Part shown: piece after piece, positions 1-9,784 of the stretch
Numbering within the stretch: position 1 is the first letter of the stretch
Layout: each line of letters begins with the position of its first letter
NCBI RefSeq assembly: GCF_000022265.1
Contig: NC_011979.1
Location: 3,930,001 to 3,962,000 of the forward strand
DNA from: Geotalea daltonii FRC-32
GTDB taxonomy: Bacteria > Desulfobacterota > Desulfuromonadia > Geobacterales > Geobacteraceae
Direction: 5' to 3'
DNA length: 32,000 nt
Program-made: the position numbers and the translations under genes
Notes under the pieces: generated by a model
Seen by the model: only the letters and a program-made list of their open reading frames with translations
What the model was told of the DNA's origin: nothing
Database searches by the model: none

Positions 1-8
1 CAGGAAAA

Positions 9-872
9 TTAGAGATATTTTCCGATGATGATATCCAGATTCGCCCTCGTTTGCGGGGGAATCACTGCCCTGTCGGTGATAACCGCATACTGCATGGCAG
101 AAGCGCAACTACATTTTCTATCTCTGCCAATACGGCCGACGGCATTTTTGATTATGGCCTTTGCCATGGTAACGTTCTTTCGGACTATTTCCAGTATGGC
201 ATCAATGGATACGTCCTCATGGGATTCATGCCAGCAGTCATAATCGGTAGCCAGAGCTATGACTCCGTAACAGATTTCTGCCTCCCTGGCCAGCTTGGCT
301 TCGGGGACATTGGTCATTCCGATAATCGAGGCGCCAAAAGAACGATACATGACAGATTCTGCCCGAGTTGAAAATGCCGGGCCCTCCATGCAGATGTAGG
401 TTCCCCCCCTGTGAACAGTCGCGCCTGCGGCCTGAGCTGCGGTATAGAGGCTGTCCGAAAGCTCGGAGCAGACCGGATCGGCAAACTGGGCATGGGCAAC
501 AATGCCATTGCCGAAAAAGGTATTGACACGGCTGGCATTGGTGCGGTCTATAAACTGATCAGGTATGACAATATGGCCGGGAACGATTTCTTCCTTCATG
601 CTCCCCACCGCTGAAACGGAAATCAGGTGTGTCACGCCCAGCTTTTTCATTCCGTATATATTTGCACGAAAATTGATCTCTGAAGGCAAGAGCCGGTGCC
701 CTTTGCCATGGCGTGGTAAAAAAACCATCCGCACTCCATCCAGAGTACCGGTAATAAAATCGTCGGAAGGATCTCCAAATGGGGTTGTCATGGAAACACT
801 TCGTACATCTGTCAGCCCATCCAGCTCATAAAGGCCACTACCGCCAATTATACCTATTACCTGTCCGCTCAT
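9..872 (-). CDS. mtnP: S-methyl-5'-thioadenosine phosphorylase (PNP/MTAP family)
   Basis: ORF 9..905 carries MTAP-type motifs (GIIGGSGLY, FLPRHGKGH, ISVSAVGS, IGMTNVPEA). I moved the start to the ATG at 872 (MSGQVIGIIGG) because AAGGAGG (revcomp of 877-883) lies just upstream. Confidence 0.9.
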   Translation of the reverse strand: MSGQVIGIIGGSGLYELDGLTDVRSVSMTTPFGDPSDDFITGTLDGVRMVFLPRHGKGHRLLPSEINFRANIYGMKKLGVTHLISVSAVGSMKEEIVPGHIVIPDQFIDRTNASRVNTFFGNGIVAHAQFADPVCSELSDSLYTAAQAAGATVHRGGTYICMEGPAFSTRAESVMYRSFGASIIGMTNVPEAKLAREAEICYGVIALATDYDCWHESHEDVSIDAILEIVRKNVTMAKAIIKNAVGRIGRDRKCSCASAMQYAVITDRAVIPPQTRANLDIIIGKYL

Positions 873-914
873 ACCGCCTCCTTGAATTAATTGCAGCCAT
901 AACAACGAAACCGG

Positions 915-1952
915 CTAATTGCCTCCTGTCGTCACCTTATCCAGTCGCCCTTTCAACTGCCCACATGCTGCGGAAATATCGCTGCCCCGACTTGAGCGGG
1001 TAATGACCGTCACATGCTTATCGAGAAGAAATTTGTGGAACCGGTCAATGGAGTCCTGCGTCGGCGTCCTCAGATCACAGCCTTCATGCTCATTGAATGG
1101 TATCAGATTCACCTTTGACGGGAATGTGCTGATGAGTCTCACCAGGCGCTTTGCATCGTCGAGCGAATCATTAACCCCTTTGATCATCACGTATTCAACG
1201 GTTATCCAGCGTCGCGAAGGGAGAGGAAAAGCTTTGCAGGCTGCAAGAAGTTCCTTCAGGGGATAGCGACGGTTGACCGGCATGATCCTGTCACGGACCT
1301 CGTCGGTAGTGGCATTCATCGAAATGGCAAGATTTACCATAACCGCGGCCCCCAGTTCTGCCATCTCGGGTACAAGGCCGGCTGTAGACAAGGTCACTTT
1401 GCGGGTTGAGAATTGAAAGCCATCCGGATCGGTCAGAATGCGCAACGCGCCGATAACATTTTCAAGATTGGCCAAAGGCTCGCCCATCCCCATAAAAACA
1501 ATGTTGCGGACAGGTTCATTCTTTTTAACCGCACAAACCTGATTGACAATCTCGGCAGTAGTCAAATTTCGTGTCAGCCTGAAGGTGCCGGTAAGGCAGA
1601 ACTCGCAGCCCATGGCACAGCCAACCTGGCTGGAAATGCAAAGGGTATTGCGATCTTCATCGGGGATAAGTACCGATTCGACAGCATTGCCATCTGACAA
1701 ACGGAAGAGATATTTCTTTGTCCCATCGGCAGAGGACTCCACCGCCTCCGCTTCCAGGTTGCTGATCCGGGCAGTTTTTTCCAGCTCAGCCCTGAAATCC
1801 TTGGAGAGATTGGTCATCTGGGCGAATGAGGTGGCATTTTGCTGGTAAAGCCATTTGAAAATCTGTTTGGCTCGGAAACGTTCCTTGCCTTGACCGGTAA
1901 TATGGGCTTCCAGCTGGGACAGGGTAAAGTTTTTTATATCTACTTTTTCCAT
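915..1952 (-). CDS. rlmN: 23S rRNA/tRNA adenine-C2 methyltransferase RlmN (radical SAM)
   Basis: 345 aa with the RlmN/Cfr N-terminus ([11 protein letters not shown]), the radical-SAM cluster CAMGCEFC and a C-terminal [10 protein letters not shown] motif. Confidence 0.92.
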   Translation of the reverse strand: MEKVDIKNFTLSQLEAHITGQGKERFRAKQIFKWLYQQNATSFAQMTNLSKDFRAELEKTARISNLEAEAVESSADGTKKYLFRLSDGNAVESVLIPDEDRNTLCISSQVGCAMGCEFCLTGTFRLTRNLTTAEIVNQVCAVKKNEPVRNIVFMGMGEPLANLENVIGALRILTDPDGFQFSTRKVTLSTAGLVPEMAELGAAVMVNLAISMNATTDEVRDRIMPVNRRYPLKELLAACKAFPLPSRRWITVEYVMIKGVNDSLDDAKRLVRLISTFPSKVNLIPFNEHEGCDLRTPTQDSIDRFHKFLLDKHVTVITRSSRGSDISAACGQLKGRLDKVTTGGN

Positions 1953-1964
1953 TACAAATATAAA

Positions 1965-1989
1965 AGAGCCCTTCAGGTCGAAGGGCTCT
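1965..1989 (-). terminator. Stem-loop downstream of ndk (candidate intrinsic terminator)
   Basis: AGAGCCCTTC (1965-1974) and GAAGGGCTCT (1980-1989) form a perfect 10-bp stem with a 5-nt loop. On the minus strand it is followed by TTTTATATTT. It lies between the ndk stop and the rlmN start. Confidence 0.5.
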
Positions 1990-2014
1990 TTTCCTTACTT
2001 TATTTTGAAATCTA

Positions 2015-2428
2015 CTAAACCAGTTCGAGCGAGCTGAAGAAGTATGGGATCTCAAAAGCAGCAGATTCGGGGGAATCGGACCCATGAACGGTATTTTCTT
2101 CGATGCTTACACCAAGATCCTTTCTAATCGTTCCGGCATCGGCATTGGCAGGGTTGGTGGCGCCCATCAATTCACGCCAGGCGGCAATGGCATTATCTTT
2201 TTCAAGAGCAAGCACTATAACCGGATTCCTGGACATAAAAGTACAGAGGTCATTAAAAAAAGGACGTTCTTTGTGGACGTAGTAAAATCCCTCAGCCTCT
2301 TTTTTTGTCAGATGAATTTTTTTCATGCCGACAATCTTGAATCCTGCTCCTTCTATCCTATCGAGAACTTTGCCGGATATATTTCTTTCCACGGCATCAG
2401 GTTTAATAATTGCAAATGTTCTTTCCAT
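2015..2428 (-). CDS. ndk: Nucleoside diphosphate kinase
   Basis: 137 aa with [12 protein letters not shown] at the N-terminus and the active-site region [17 protein letters not shown] upstream of the ATG at 2428. Confidence 0.95.
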   Translation of the reverse strand: MERTFAIIKPDAVERNISGKVLDRIEGAGFKIVGMKKIHLTKKEAEGFYYVHKERPFFNDLCTFMSRNPVIVLALEKDNAIAAWRELMGATNPANADAGTIRKDLGVSIEENTVHGSDSPESAAFEIPYFFSSLELV

Positions 2429-2519
2429 TCTTTCCTCCGTAGCATTATAGTAAACAGACCGTTCTCAATAACATTTTGCATCTGGAATGTCAATGAACTT
2501 GATAGGCACAAATGAAAAT

Positions 2520-2544
2520 AGCCTACAGAACTAAATTCTGTAGG
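2520..2544 (-). terminator. Stem-loop downstream of the small lipoprotein gene
   Basis: GCCTACAGAA (2520-2529) and TTCTGTAGGC (2535-2544) form a perfect 10-bp stem with a 5-nt loop. A T-rich tract (TATTTTCATTT) follows on the minus strand. Confidence 0.5.
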
Positions 2545-2574
2545 CCATTTGGATCCAAACTGACTGAAGAAAAA

Positions 2575-2775
2575 TTATTTCTTCTCAGCAGGAGCTGCCG
2601 GAGTTGCTTCAGGAGCTGCAGGAGCAGACTTAGCAGTCATAGGTTCCTGAACCGGAGCAGCAGCAGGAGCTTCAGTTTTTGCGGGCTCAACAGGAGCCTC
2701 TTCCTTCTTTTTGCAGCCAGCGGCGAAAGCAAGAGCCAAAGCCAGGCACAGTGCCAAAGAGATCAGTTTTTTCAT
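2575..2775 (-). CDS. Small Ala/Pro-rich lipoprotein (66 aa)
   Basis: Within ORF 2575..2883, the internal ATG at 2775 gives MKKLISLALCLALALAFAAGC, a signal peptide plus lipobox (AAG|C). GAGGTG RBS upstream. The mature part is low-complexity and A/P/E/K-rich. Confidence 0.6.
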   Translation of the reverse strand: MKKLISLALCLALALAFAAGCKKKEEAPVEPAKTEAPAAAPVQEPMTAKSAPAAPEATPAAPAEKK

Positions 2776-2950
2776 TGACGATATCACCTCTTTTCTTTTT
2801 TGATTACCATTCTTGTGCGCATGGCGCATGGTTTTTTCGGTCACAACAAAGCGCAAATATACTATTAAAATTTCAAAAGTCAAGATTTTTTTAACTCGTT
2901 AAAATATATATTCTAAAACACCACAGAGCACGATGAAAGGGGCTGAAAGA

Positions 2951-4378
2951 CTATAGATTGATGCAGACCATTTTTATATTTGTCATTTCTTCCATGGCAT
3001 ATTTTAGCCCTTCACGGCCAAGGCCACTCTCCTTGTTACCGCCATAGGGCATGTGATCCACACGGAAGGTGGGCACATCATTGATGATAACGCCCCCCAC
3101 ATCCAGCTTTTTGATTGCCTTGAATGCCTTGTTAATGTCACGGGTATAGATACCGGCCTGAAGGCCGTAAACCGAGTCATCTGCCATCTCCAACGCTTCA
3201 TCGAACGTGTCATAGGGCAGCACCGAAACAATGGGAGCGAAAACCTCGGAACACATCACCTTCATCTCCCTGGTAACGCCGGTAAGAATGGTCGGTTCCA
3301 GGCAATTTCCAATCGCATTGCCACCTGCTGCCACCACAGCACCGAGATTTTTTGCTTCTTCAAGCCATTCCAGTGCCCTATTCAATTCCTTTGTCGTTAT
3401 CATGGGACCGATATCCGAAGATTTATCAAACGGGTCCCCAACCTTAAGGGCACAGGTCGCCTCGACGAATTTGGCAATAAATTCATCGTAGCGATCTTTA
3501 TGAACAAAGATACGCTGCACGGAAATGCAGACCTGCCCTGAGTTGGCAAAACTCCCGACGACACATCTCGATACGGCTTTATCCACATCACCGTCTTCTT
3601 CGATGATAGTCGGAGAATTTGAGCCAAGCTCCAGGGTCACCCTTTTCAGCCCGCTTCGGGATTTGATTCCACGCCCAACAGGGGGACTGCCGGTAAAGGT
3701 GATCATTGCAAGCCGGTTATCCTCCACCAGACGGTTTCCGACAGTCGATCCACTGCCGATCAAGACATTAAGAGCTCCTGCAGGCAAGCCTGCTTCCATC
3801 AGCAATTCGGCAAGTTTGAGGGAGGTAAGCGGCGTTTTGGTAGCCGGCTTCAGCACCACGGCATTGCCTGTGGCAATGGCCGGAGCAAGCTTGTGGGCCA
3901 CCAGGTTCAATGGGAAGTTAAAAGGAGTTATGGCTCCAATAATACCGATAGGAGTCCGGATGTAAAAACCGAAACGCCCTGCAGAAACCGCGGATGCATC
4001 CATTGGAACAATTTCACCATGGCTTGCCTTTGCCTCGATGGCTGCAAACTTGAAAGTCTCTGCACTTCGTTCGGCCTCGGCGACAGCATATTTCCAAGAC
4101 TTTCCGGCTTCCCGTGCGATTATACCGGCAATCTCATCCTTGTCCCGAAGAATTAATTCAGCAGTTTTCTCAAGAATATCGGACCTTTTATGGGCAGGCA
4201 TAGCGGAAATCCGCTCGAAGCCCTTAGCGGCAGCAATGATGGCAGCCTCTACATCTTCAGCAGTTGCCTCGGGGACCAACCCTATCAATGAATCATCAAA
4301 CGGATTGATCACCTCTATGCCAGAACGGTCATCCCCCAGCCATTCTCCGTCAATAAGCATTCTATAACGTTTGGCCAT
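2951..4378 (-). CDS. NAD(P)-dependent aldehyde dehydrogenase family protein
   Basis: ALDH motifs are present: FTGSPPVG, catalytic Glu context LELGSNSP and catalytic Cys context SGQVCISVQR. I moved the start to the ATG at 4378 (MAKRYRMLIDGEW) with GGAGGAGG upstream. The 48-aa upstream extension in the ORF track has no family signal. Confidence 0.9.
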   Translation of the reverse strand: MAKRYRMLIDGEWLGDDRSGIEVINPFDDSLIGLVPEATAEDVEAAIIAAAKGFERISAMPAHKRSDILEKTAELILRDKDEIAGIIAREAGKSWKYAVAEAERSAETFKFAAIEAKASHGEIVPMDASAVSAGRFGFYIRTPIGIIGAITPFNFPLNLVAHKLAPAIATGNAVVLKPATKTPLTSLKLAELLMEAGLPAGALNVLIGSGSTVGNRLVEDNRLAMITFTGSPPVGRGIKSRSGLKRVTLELGSNSPTIIEEDGDVDKAVSRCVVGSFANSGQVCISVQRIFVHKDRYDEFIAKFVEATCALKVGDPFDKSSDIGPMITTKELNRALEWLEEAKNLGAVVAAGGNAIGNCLEPTILTGVTREMKVMCSEVFAPIVSVLPYDTFDEALEMADDSVYGLQAGIYTRDINKAFKAIKKLDVGGVIINDVPTFRVDHMPYGGNKESGLGREGLKYAMEEMTNIKMVCINL

Positions 4379-4467
4379 TAGCCCCTCCTCCATCGTTAAC
4401 CCTTGTAAATATTCGCCGAATATATTACATTGGCAACCAATTATCAACTGATAACAAGGAAACCACC

Positions 4468-5025
4468 GTGAACAACTCCAAACTTTCCGCTGCTGAAAAG
4501 AAGTCTCTCCTGAAAATAGCAAGGGTTACCATTAACGAATATATAACCGATGGCAAAATATCCAGGCTCGAAATATCGGACAAGGGTCTCCTCACACAGG
4601 CCGGATGCTTCGTCAGCATAAAAGCGAAAGGAACATTGCGCGGTTGCATTGGTAATTTTATCTCTGATAAGCCACTGTTTCAACTGGTGCAGGAAATGGC
4701 CGTTTCTGCCGCAACCCGCGATCCACGCTTTTACCCCATGAAAGAGGAAGACCTGGCCGATTACGATCTGGAGATCTCGGTGCTCTCCCCATTACAAAAG
4801 ATCTCCTCCACAGAAGAGATTGAAGTGGGAAAACATGGTCTATATATAGAAAAGAACTTTTCCCGTGGCGTGCTGCTACCCCAGGTTGCAGTTGAGTTCG
4901 GCTGGGATCGCGAAACCTTTCTCCGGCAGACCTGCCTCAAAGCAGGACTAAAACAGGAAGGCTGGAAAGAGGGAACAGATATTTACATCTTCAGCGCCGA
5001 AGTATTCAGCGAAAAAGATGCATAA
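4468..5025 (+). CDS. AMMECR1 domain protein
   Basis: 185 aa with the AMMECR1 core GCFVSIKAKGTLRGCIGN, DPRF and LEISVLSP. GTG start with AAGGA 7 nt upstream. Divergent from the aldehyde dehydrogenase gene. Confidence 0.8.
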   Translation: MNNSKLSAAEKKSLLKIARVTINEYITDGKISRLEISDKGLLTQAGCFVSIKAKGTLRGCIGNFISDKPLFQLVQEMAVSAATRDPRFYPMKEEDLADYDLEISVLSPLQKISSTEEIEVGKHGLYIEKNFSRGVLLPQVAVEFGWDRETFLRQTCLKAGLKQEGWKEGTDIYIFSAEVFSEKDA

Positions 5026-5081
5026 AGAAGCTTTTGCAGCCATGGTTCGCCTCTGATTGCAATGATTCAATCATAATAAAA

Positions 5082-5110
5082 GGGAGATGCCGAAGCATCT
5101 CCCTTTTTTT
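5082..5110. terminator. Bidirectional intrinsic terminator between the AMMECR1 gene and gltA
   Basis: GGGAGATGC-CGAA-GCATCTCCC hairpin (5082-5103), followed by TTTTTTT on the plus strand and preceded by AATAAAA (T-run on the minus strand). It sits between convergent genes. Confidence 0.7.
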
Positions 5111-5131
5111 GCAACCATATCTGCAATCGGT

Positions 5132-6454
5132 TTAGAACTTGCGACCACCTTCAGCAGCCCACTTCTCGAGCATGTCGGTAGTAACAGATTTCGGACGCTC
5201 GATTGCATAGCCGAGACCACGGTCCCAAGTGATGTTCGCCATGCAGCCAAGAGCGCGACCAACACCGAAAAGAACAGTGTAGAAGTCCCACTCCTTGACG
5301 CCGTAGTACCACTGGATAACGCCGGACTGTGCATCGACGTTCGGCCAAGGATTTTTGGTTTTACCGTGCTCGGTAAGAACACCGGGGGCGGTTTCAAAGA
5401 TCATGGCTACCAGTTTGAACAGCGGATCGTCTTTCAGGCCCGGGGTGTTGAGGCAGAACTCACGCTGTGCTGTATAACGGGGGTCGGTTTTGCGGAGAAC
5501 GGCATGACCATATCCCGGAACGACCTGGCCTGCATTGAGTGTATCCCAAAGGGCCTTGGTAACGTTTTCTTTGGTGGGTTCGGCACCATTGAGCTTTTTC
5601 TGGAATTCCATGATCCAACCGAGAACTTCCTGGTTGGCAAGGCCGTGGAGCGGGCCGGCAAGACCGTTGAGGCCTGCAGAATATGCATAATAAGGATCGG
5701 ACAGAGCTGAATGAACAAGGTGAGTCGTGTGGGCAGAGACATTGCCGGACTCATGGTCGGAATGGAGAATGAAGTACATACGGGCAACGTCTTTATACTG
5801 GTCACTCTGGCCGATCATATGGGCGAAGTTGGCACCCATGTCGAGTTTCGGATCGATAGCGATCTGCTTGTCACCCTTGTACTTCAGGTTATAAATGAAT
5901 GCAGCAACAATGGGGATACGGGCAACGATGTCGCTGGCATCCTCATACACGCTTTCCCAAGCTACCATTTTGTTGAACTTGCCTGAGTTGTAGAAAGCTG
6001 CAAATTTGGAATCCTTCTGCATGGCCATAATACCAACAGAAAGCATTACCATGGGGTGACTGTCTCTCGGCAGGGCACGGATAGCATCAAAGACATAGGA
6101 GGGCACGTTCTGGCGCGTTTTCCACTCGGCGACGACCTCATCTACCTGAGCCTGAGTAGGAACATCACCAGTCAAAAGGAAGTACCAGAAGGACTCAACT
6201 GTAGGATATGCTGAACCGGCAGCCTTCGGCAGTGCTTCGAAAGTCTCAGGGATCGTCTTGCCACGGAAACGGATGCCTTCCTGCGGATCAAGATAGGAAA
6301 TATCGGTAACCAGGCTGCGAATGTCGCGGGCGCCGCCAATGCACTGGTCGATCGTCACCTGATCGATTATTACTTTACCGAATTCTTTGGTCAGCCTGGT
6401 GGTACGGGGACGGTGGGCTTCAATCTTCTGCTTCAGGGTGTCCTTAAGTGCCAT
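5132..6454 (-). CDS. gltA: Citrate synthase, eukaryote-like type
   Basis: GGARDIRSLVTDISYLDPQEGIRFRG, HSDHE and GYGHAVLRKTDPR are citrate synthase signatures, and the N-terminal half reads like the mitochondrial-type enzyme. I moved the start to the ATG at 6454 (MALKDTLK) with AAGGAGA upstream. Confidence 0.93.
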   Translation of the reverse strand: MALKDTLKQKIEAHRPRTTRLTKEFGKVIIDQVTIDQCIGGARDIRSLVTDISYLDPQEGIRFRGKTIPETFEALPKAAGSAYPTVESFWYFLLTGDVPTQAQVDEVVAEWKTRQNVPSYVFDAIRALPRDSHPMVMLSVGIMAMQKDSKFAAFYNSGKFNKMVAWESVYEDASDIVARIPIVAAFIYNLKYKGDKQIAIDPKLDMGANFAHMIGQSDQYKDVARMYFILHSDHESGNVSAHTTHLVHSALSDPYYAYSAGLNGLAGPLHGLANQEVLGWIMEFQKKLNGAEPTKENVTKALWDTLNAGQVVPGYGHAVLRKTDPRYTAQREFCLNTPGLKDDPLFKLVAMIFETAPGVLTEHGKTKNPWPNVDAQSGVIQWYYGVKEWDFYTVLFGVGRALGCMANITWDRGLGYAIERPKSVTTDMLEKWAAEGGRKF

Positions 6455-6735
6455 GGTGTTTGCTCTCCTTGTCTTTTGGGGTGATAAATTAAATGATATG
6501 AACATTACAACCGAAAGTTGCCTGGCAGCTACTACCTCCTTTCATGCACTGAAAGCTAAGAAACTTGGCAATTTGGGTTAGATTGCAACGAAAAATAAGT
6601 ACAGGAAACGGCCAGGAGAAAGACACAATAAAACTTCTGCTGCTCATTATAAAATATACTGTATACAATTTGGCTAAGACTTATACCACCCCACAGTGCA
6701 GATTTCAACAAAAAAAATATGCAATTAAGTTATTT

Positions 6736-7926
6736 TCATAAGATTGTCAATTCTTCACTGGAAAAGGTCAGCTGTTTAAGACCGGACTCGGTGAGATAGA
6801 AGGTATTTTCGATACCGACAGCACCTTCTCCGACAAAAACCACCTTAGGTTCAAAAGCAAAGGCCATTCCAGGTTCCAGGACCATATCATCGAATCCCTT
6901 GGCTATAAAAGGATACTCATCGATTTCGACACCAAGGCCGTGCCCTATGAAGCTGACCTGTGCCCCTTTGTTTCCCATGAAGGTGTCGGCATATCCCAAT
7001 TTGAAGGCAAGAGCCAGACATTCTTCGTATATGAGCCCCCAGGAAGGTCTCTCGGGTACCAACTCCATCATCCTTGCCTGTATCTTCAGCATGTCATCAT
7101 AGCCCTTTTTCATTCTGTCAGACAGGTGACCAATGGCGAAGATCCTGGTCTGATCCACCAGGTAACCGTCACAGCAGCCCGCAAAATCAACGATGACGGG
7201 CTCGTTCCTTTCGATCCGCTTGTAGCCTGCGCCCTGGCTGAAACTGGTACTGAGCCCCATCCCCCCAAGGGGTGTATCCACATAGGTAGGCACAGCCGCA
7301 TCCGTGCCGGAAAAGACATGGCCGAAGAACATCACGCCATTGAAGGCCCTCATGCGCACCAACCCTTGATGCCCCTCTTTCCGTGCCACGTATTCAAGCT
7401 CGGCAGCAAGATCCAGATCGGTCATCCCCTCGCGAAGCACATCCCTGACCCGGCGATTGACCCTGTCCACCTGTTCAGCCGCATCCTGCAGGAGATGTAT
7501 CTCATAGTGGCTCTTGATCATGCGGACCTTGCGCACAATTGGCGTGGCATCCCTGAATCTGGCCTCTGGAAAGACTTTTTCGTAGCGGGCAAAGAAATTC
7601 ACGGGAAGGACGTCCAGCTCCATGCCAATGCTAGCAGGTAATGGGTAGCCGTGGGCGGCCAGGACGGAGGGAATATCCTTCATGGAGCCGAAGGGAACAA
7701 CATTTTTCAGGCCACATTCCATGCGAGCCCGCATTAAATCCTTTCTCACCATGTAAACAGGCTCACCCTCAACAGGAATATACAGATTGCCGTTCTGAAT
7801 GGTGCCGGTAAAGTAGAACAGGTCCGCATTCTGCAGTATTATGACCGCATCGAGCCCCTGTGCTGCCATGTGGTGTTGAAGTTTTTTATATCGATGCTCA
7901 AGCTCTGTTGCCGGTGTAAGTCGCAT
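6736..7926 (-). CDS. M24 family Xaa-Pro peptidase / creatinase-like metallopeptidase
   Basis: 396 aa with a creatinase-type N-domain followed by the pita-bread fold and metal-ligand contexts (VDFAGCCDGY, IGHGLGVEIDEYP, FAFEPK). AAGGAAG RBS. Confidence 0.85.
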   Translation of the reverse strand: MRLTPATELEHRYKKLQHHMAAQGLDAVIILQNADLFYFTGTIQNGNLYIPVEGEPVYMVRKDLMRARMECGLKNVVPFGSMKDIPSVLAAHGYPLPASIGMELDVLPVNFFARYEKVFPEARFRDATPIVRKVRMIKSHYEIHLLQDAAEQVDRVNRRVRDVLREGMTDLDLAAELEYVARKEGHQGLVRMRAFNGVMFFGHVFSGTDAAVPTYVDTPLGGMGLSTSFSQGAGYKRIERNEPVIVDFAGCCDGYLVDQTRIFAIGHLSDRMKKGYDDMLKIQARMMELVPERPSWGLIYEECLALAFKLGYADTFMGNKGAQVSFIGHGLGVEIDEYPFIAKGFDDMVLEPGMAFAFEPKVVFVGEGAVGIENTFYLTESGLKQLTFSSEELTIL

Positions 7927-7942
7927 TTACACTTCCTTGAAA

Positions 7943-8089
7943 TTAATGTTGTGACACGTGCTGTTTTTCCCTTGCCTCACGCAGTAGTTTGCGCTTTTTT
8001 CGCCCACCGAGAAACGTTTCTTCAACGATAATGGCAATGAAACAGAGAATAAAAAGAAAAAATATTACACCCAGCGCCGTTTCCCTCAC
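7943..8089 (-). CDS. Candidate 48-aa small membrane protein (absent from the ORF track because it is under 60 aa)
   Basis: My hand translation of the minus strand gives GTG(8089)-MRETALGVIFFLFILCFIAIIVEETFLGGRKKRKLLREAREKQHVSQH-TAA(7943). AGGAG lies 6 nt upstream. It has one hydrophobic helix followed by a basic tail. It fits exactly between the acyl-CoA synthetase stop (8132) and the peptidase RBS. Confidence 0.35.
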   Translation of the reverse strand: MRETALGVIFFLFILCFIAIIVEETFLGGRKKRKLLREAREKQHVSQH

Positions 8090-8131
8090 ACTGTGCTCCT
8101 TTATAACGGGCACTCGCCCGTGAATAGCCTA

Positions 8132-9784
8132 TCAGTCTTTGGCATCTTCCAGCTGCAGTTCCTTGATTGCCATCTCCCGCAGCTTGAATTTCTGAATCTT
8201 GCCACTGGCTGTCATGGGATAGCTGTCGACGAACTTGACATACTTGGGGATTTTATAGTTGGCAATCCGGCCTTTGCAAAAATCCTTCACCTCATCCTCA
8301 GTCATGATCTCACCCTTCTTGAGAATGACCGCCGCCATGACCTGTTCGCCAAATTTGCGGTCAGGCACACCGTATATCTGCACGTCGGAGATCTTCGGAT
8401 GGGTGTAGAGATACTCTTCGATCTCCTTGGGATAGATGTTTTCGCCGCCACGGATGATCATCTGTTTGATCCGTCCGGTAATCTTGCAATAGCCGCTCTC
8501 ATCCATTACCGCCAGATCACCGGTATGCAGCCAGCCGTCGTTGTCGATGACTTTGGCCGTCTCCTCCGGCATCTTGTAATAACCTTTCATGACCATATAG
8601 CCCCGGGCACACAGCTCCCCCTGCTTTCCAGGCGGCAGAGTTGCACCGGTTTCTATATCGACAATCTTTACCTCGGCACCGGGAAGCGCCCTTCCCACTG
8701 TGGCGACCCGCAATTCGACGGGATCATCGGTGCGGCTTTGGGTGATACCGGGAGAAGATTCAGTCTGGCCGAAAACAATGGTGATGTCTCTCATGTTCAT
8801 GTCCTTGACAACCCGTTTCATGACCTCGATCGGGCAGACGGACCCAGCCATGATGCCGGTACGAAGGGTCGAGAGGTCGAACTTGCTGAAGTCCGGATGC
8901 TCCAATTCGGCAATAAACATGGTGGGAACACCATGAACCGCCGTACAGCGCTCCTTCTCAATGGTCTGCAGCACCTTCAGCGGATCGAAGAGTTCCACTG
9001 GCACCATTGTCGTGCCATGGGTGACGCTGGCCATAACTGCCAGAACAGAGCCGAAGCAGTGGAAAAACGGTACAGGAATGCAAAGACGGTCCAGTTCTGT
9101 AAATTTCATGCACTCGCCGATGTTGAAACCGTTGTTGACCAGATTGTGATGAGTCAGCATAACTCCCTTGGGAAAGCCGGTTGTGCCTGAAGTATACTGC
9201 ATGTTTATGGTGTCATGGATATCCAGTGTCGACTCTACAGCAGCGAGTTCAGCGTCGCTGATATCCTTCCCGCTTTCCACAAGGCTATGGAAATTAAGCA
9301 TGCCGGAAGGGGTCCCTTCACCAATATAAACAAGGTTTTTCAGGAAAGGAAGTTTGGGCGTATGGATGCGTCCATTATCGGCTGTAGCCAATTCGGGCAC
9401 CACTTCCCCCAGGGTTGCCACATAATCCGTATCTTTCCACGATTTGACCAGGAACAGCGTAGTTGAATCGGACTGATCGAGAAGATATTCAAGTTCTGCC
9501 GATTTGTAAGCGGTGTTAACCGTAACCAGGACAGCACCAATCTTGGCCGTGGCAAATTGGAGAATTACCCATTCCGGGACGTTGTAGGCCCAGATGGCCA
9601 CATTCTCTCCCTTCCGGATGCCGAGTTTCAAAAGCCCCTTGGCCACCTGGCGGCAGACTTCATTGAACTGCCGATAGCTGTAGCGCAAGCCCAGCTCAGG
9701 GTAAACCAAGGCATCATTATCAGGATAGGTGGCGGCGATGTGGTCCAGTAAACCACCAATGGTAAAATCAAGCTGGGTCGACAT
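8132..9784 (-). CDS. AMP-dependent acyl-CoA synthetase/ligase
   Basis: AMP-binding signature MQYTSGTTGFPKGVMLTH, plus GWLHTGD and GRIKQMIIRGGENIYP. I moved the start to the ATG at 9784 (MSTQLDFT) with AGGAGG upstream. Confidence 0.9.
   Translation of the reverse strand: MSTQLDFTIGGLLDHIAATYPDNDALVYPELGLRYSYRQFNEVCRQVAKGLLKLGIRKGENVAIWAYNVPEWVILQFATAKIGAVLVTVNTAYKSAELEYLLDQSDSTTLFLVKSWKDTDYVATLGEVVPELATADNGRIHTPKLPFLKNLVYIGEGTPSGMLNFHSLVESGKDISDAELAAVESTLDIHDTINMQYTSGTTGFPKGVMLTHHNLVNNGFNIGECMKFTELDRLCIPVPFFHCFGSVLAVMASVTHGTTMVPVELFDPLKVLQTIEKERCTAVHGVPTMFIAELEHPDFSKFDLSTLRTGIMAGSVCPIEVMKRVVKDMNMRDITIVFGQTESSPGITQSRTDDPVELRVATVGRALPGAEVKIVDIETGATLPPGKQGELCARGYMVMKGYYKMPEETAKVIDNDGWLHTGDLAVMDESGYCKITGRIKQMIIRGGENIYPKEIEEYLYTHPKISDVQIYGVPDRKFGEQVMAAVILKKGEIMTEDEVKDFCKGRIANYKIPKYVKFVDSYPMTASGKIQKFKLREMAIKELQLEDAKD

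Noticed and set aside
4379-4522. N-terminal extensions offered by the ORF track. This example is the 48 extra codons on the aldehyde dehydrogenase. Similar cases are at 873-905, 2776-2883, 6455-6505, 9785-9826, 13283-13315, 14761-14814, 15749-15835, 16768-16842 and 21740-21802.
   Set aside because: In each case an internal ATG is preceded by a strong GGAGG-type RBS and coincides with the start of family homology or of a signal peptide. The upstream residues have no family signal and often overlap neighbouring features.
8093-9190. 365-aa plus-strand ORF
   Set aside because: It lies entirely antisense to the acyl-CoA synthetase gene, which has unmistakable AMP-binding signatures. The antisense product is low-complexity (L/R/H/G-rich), has no recognisable motif and has no RBS. 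This is a typical shadow ORF of a codon-biased gene.
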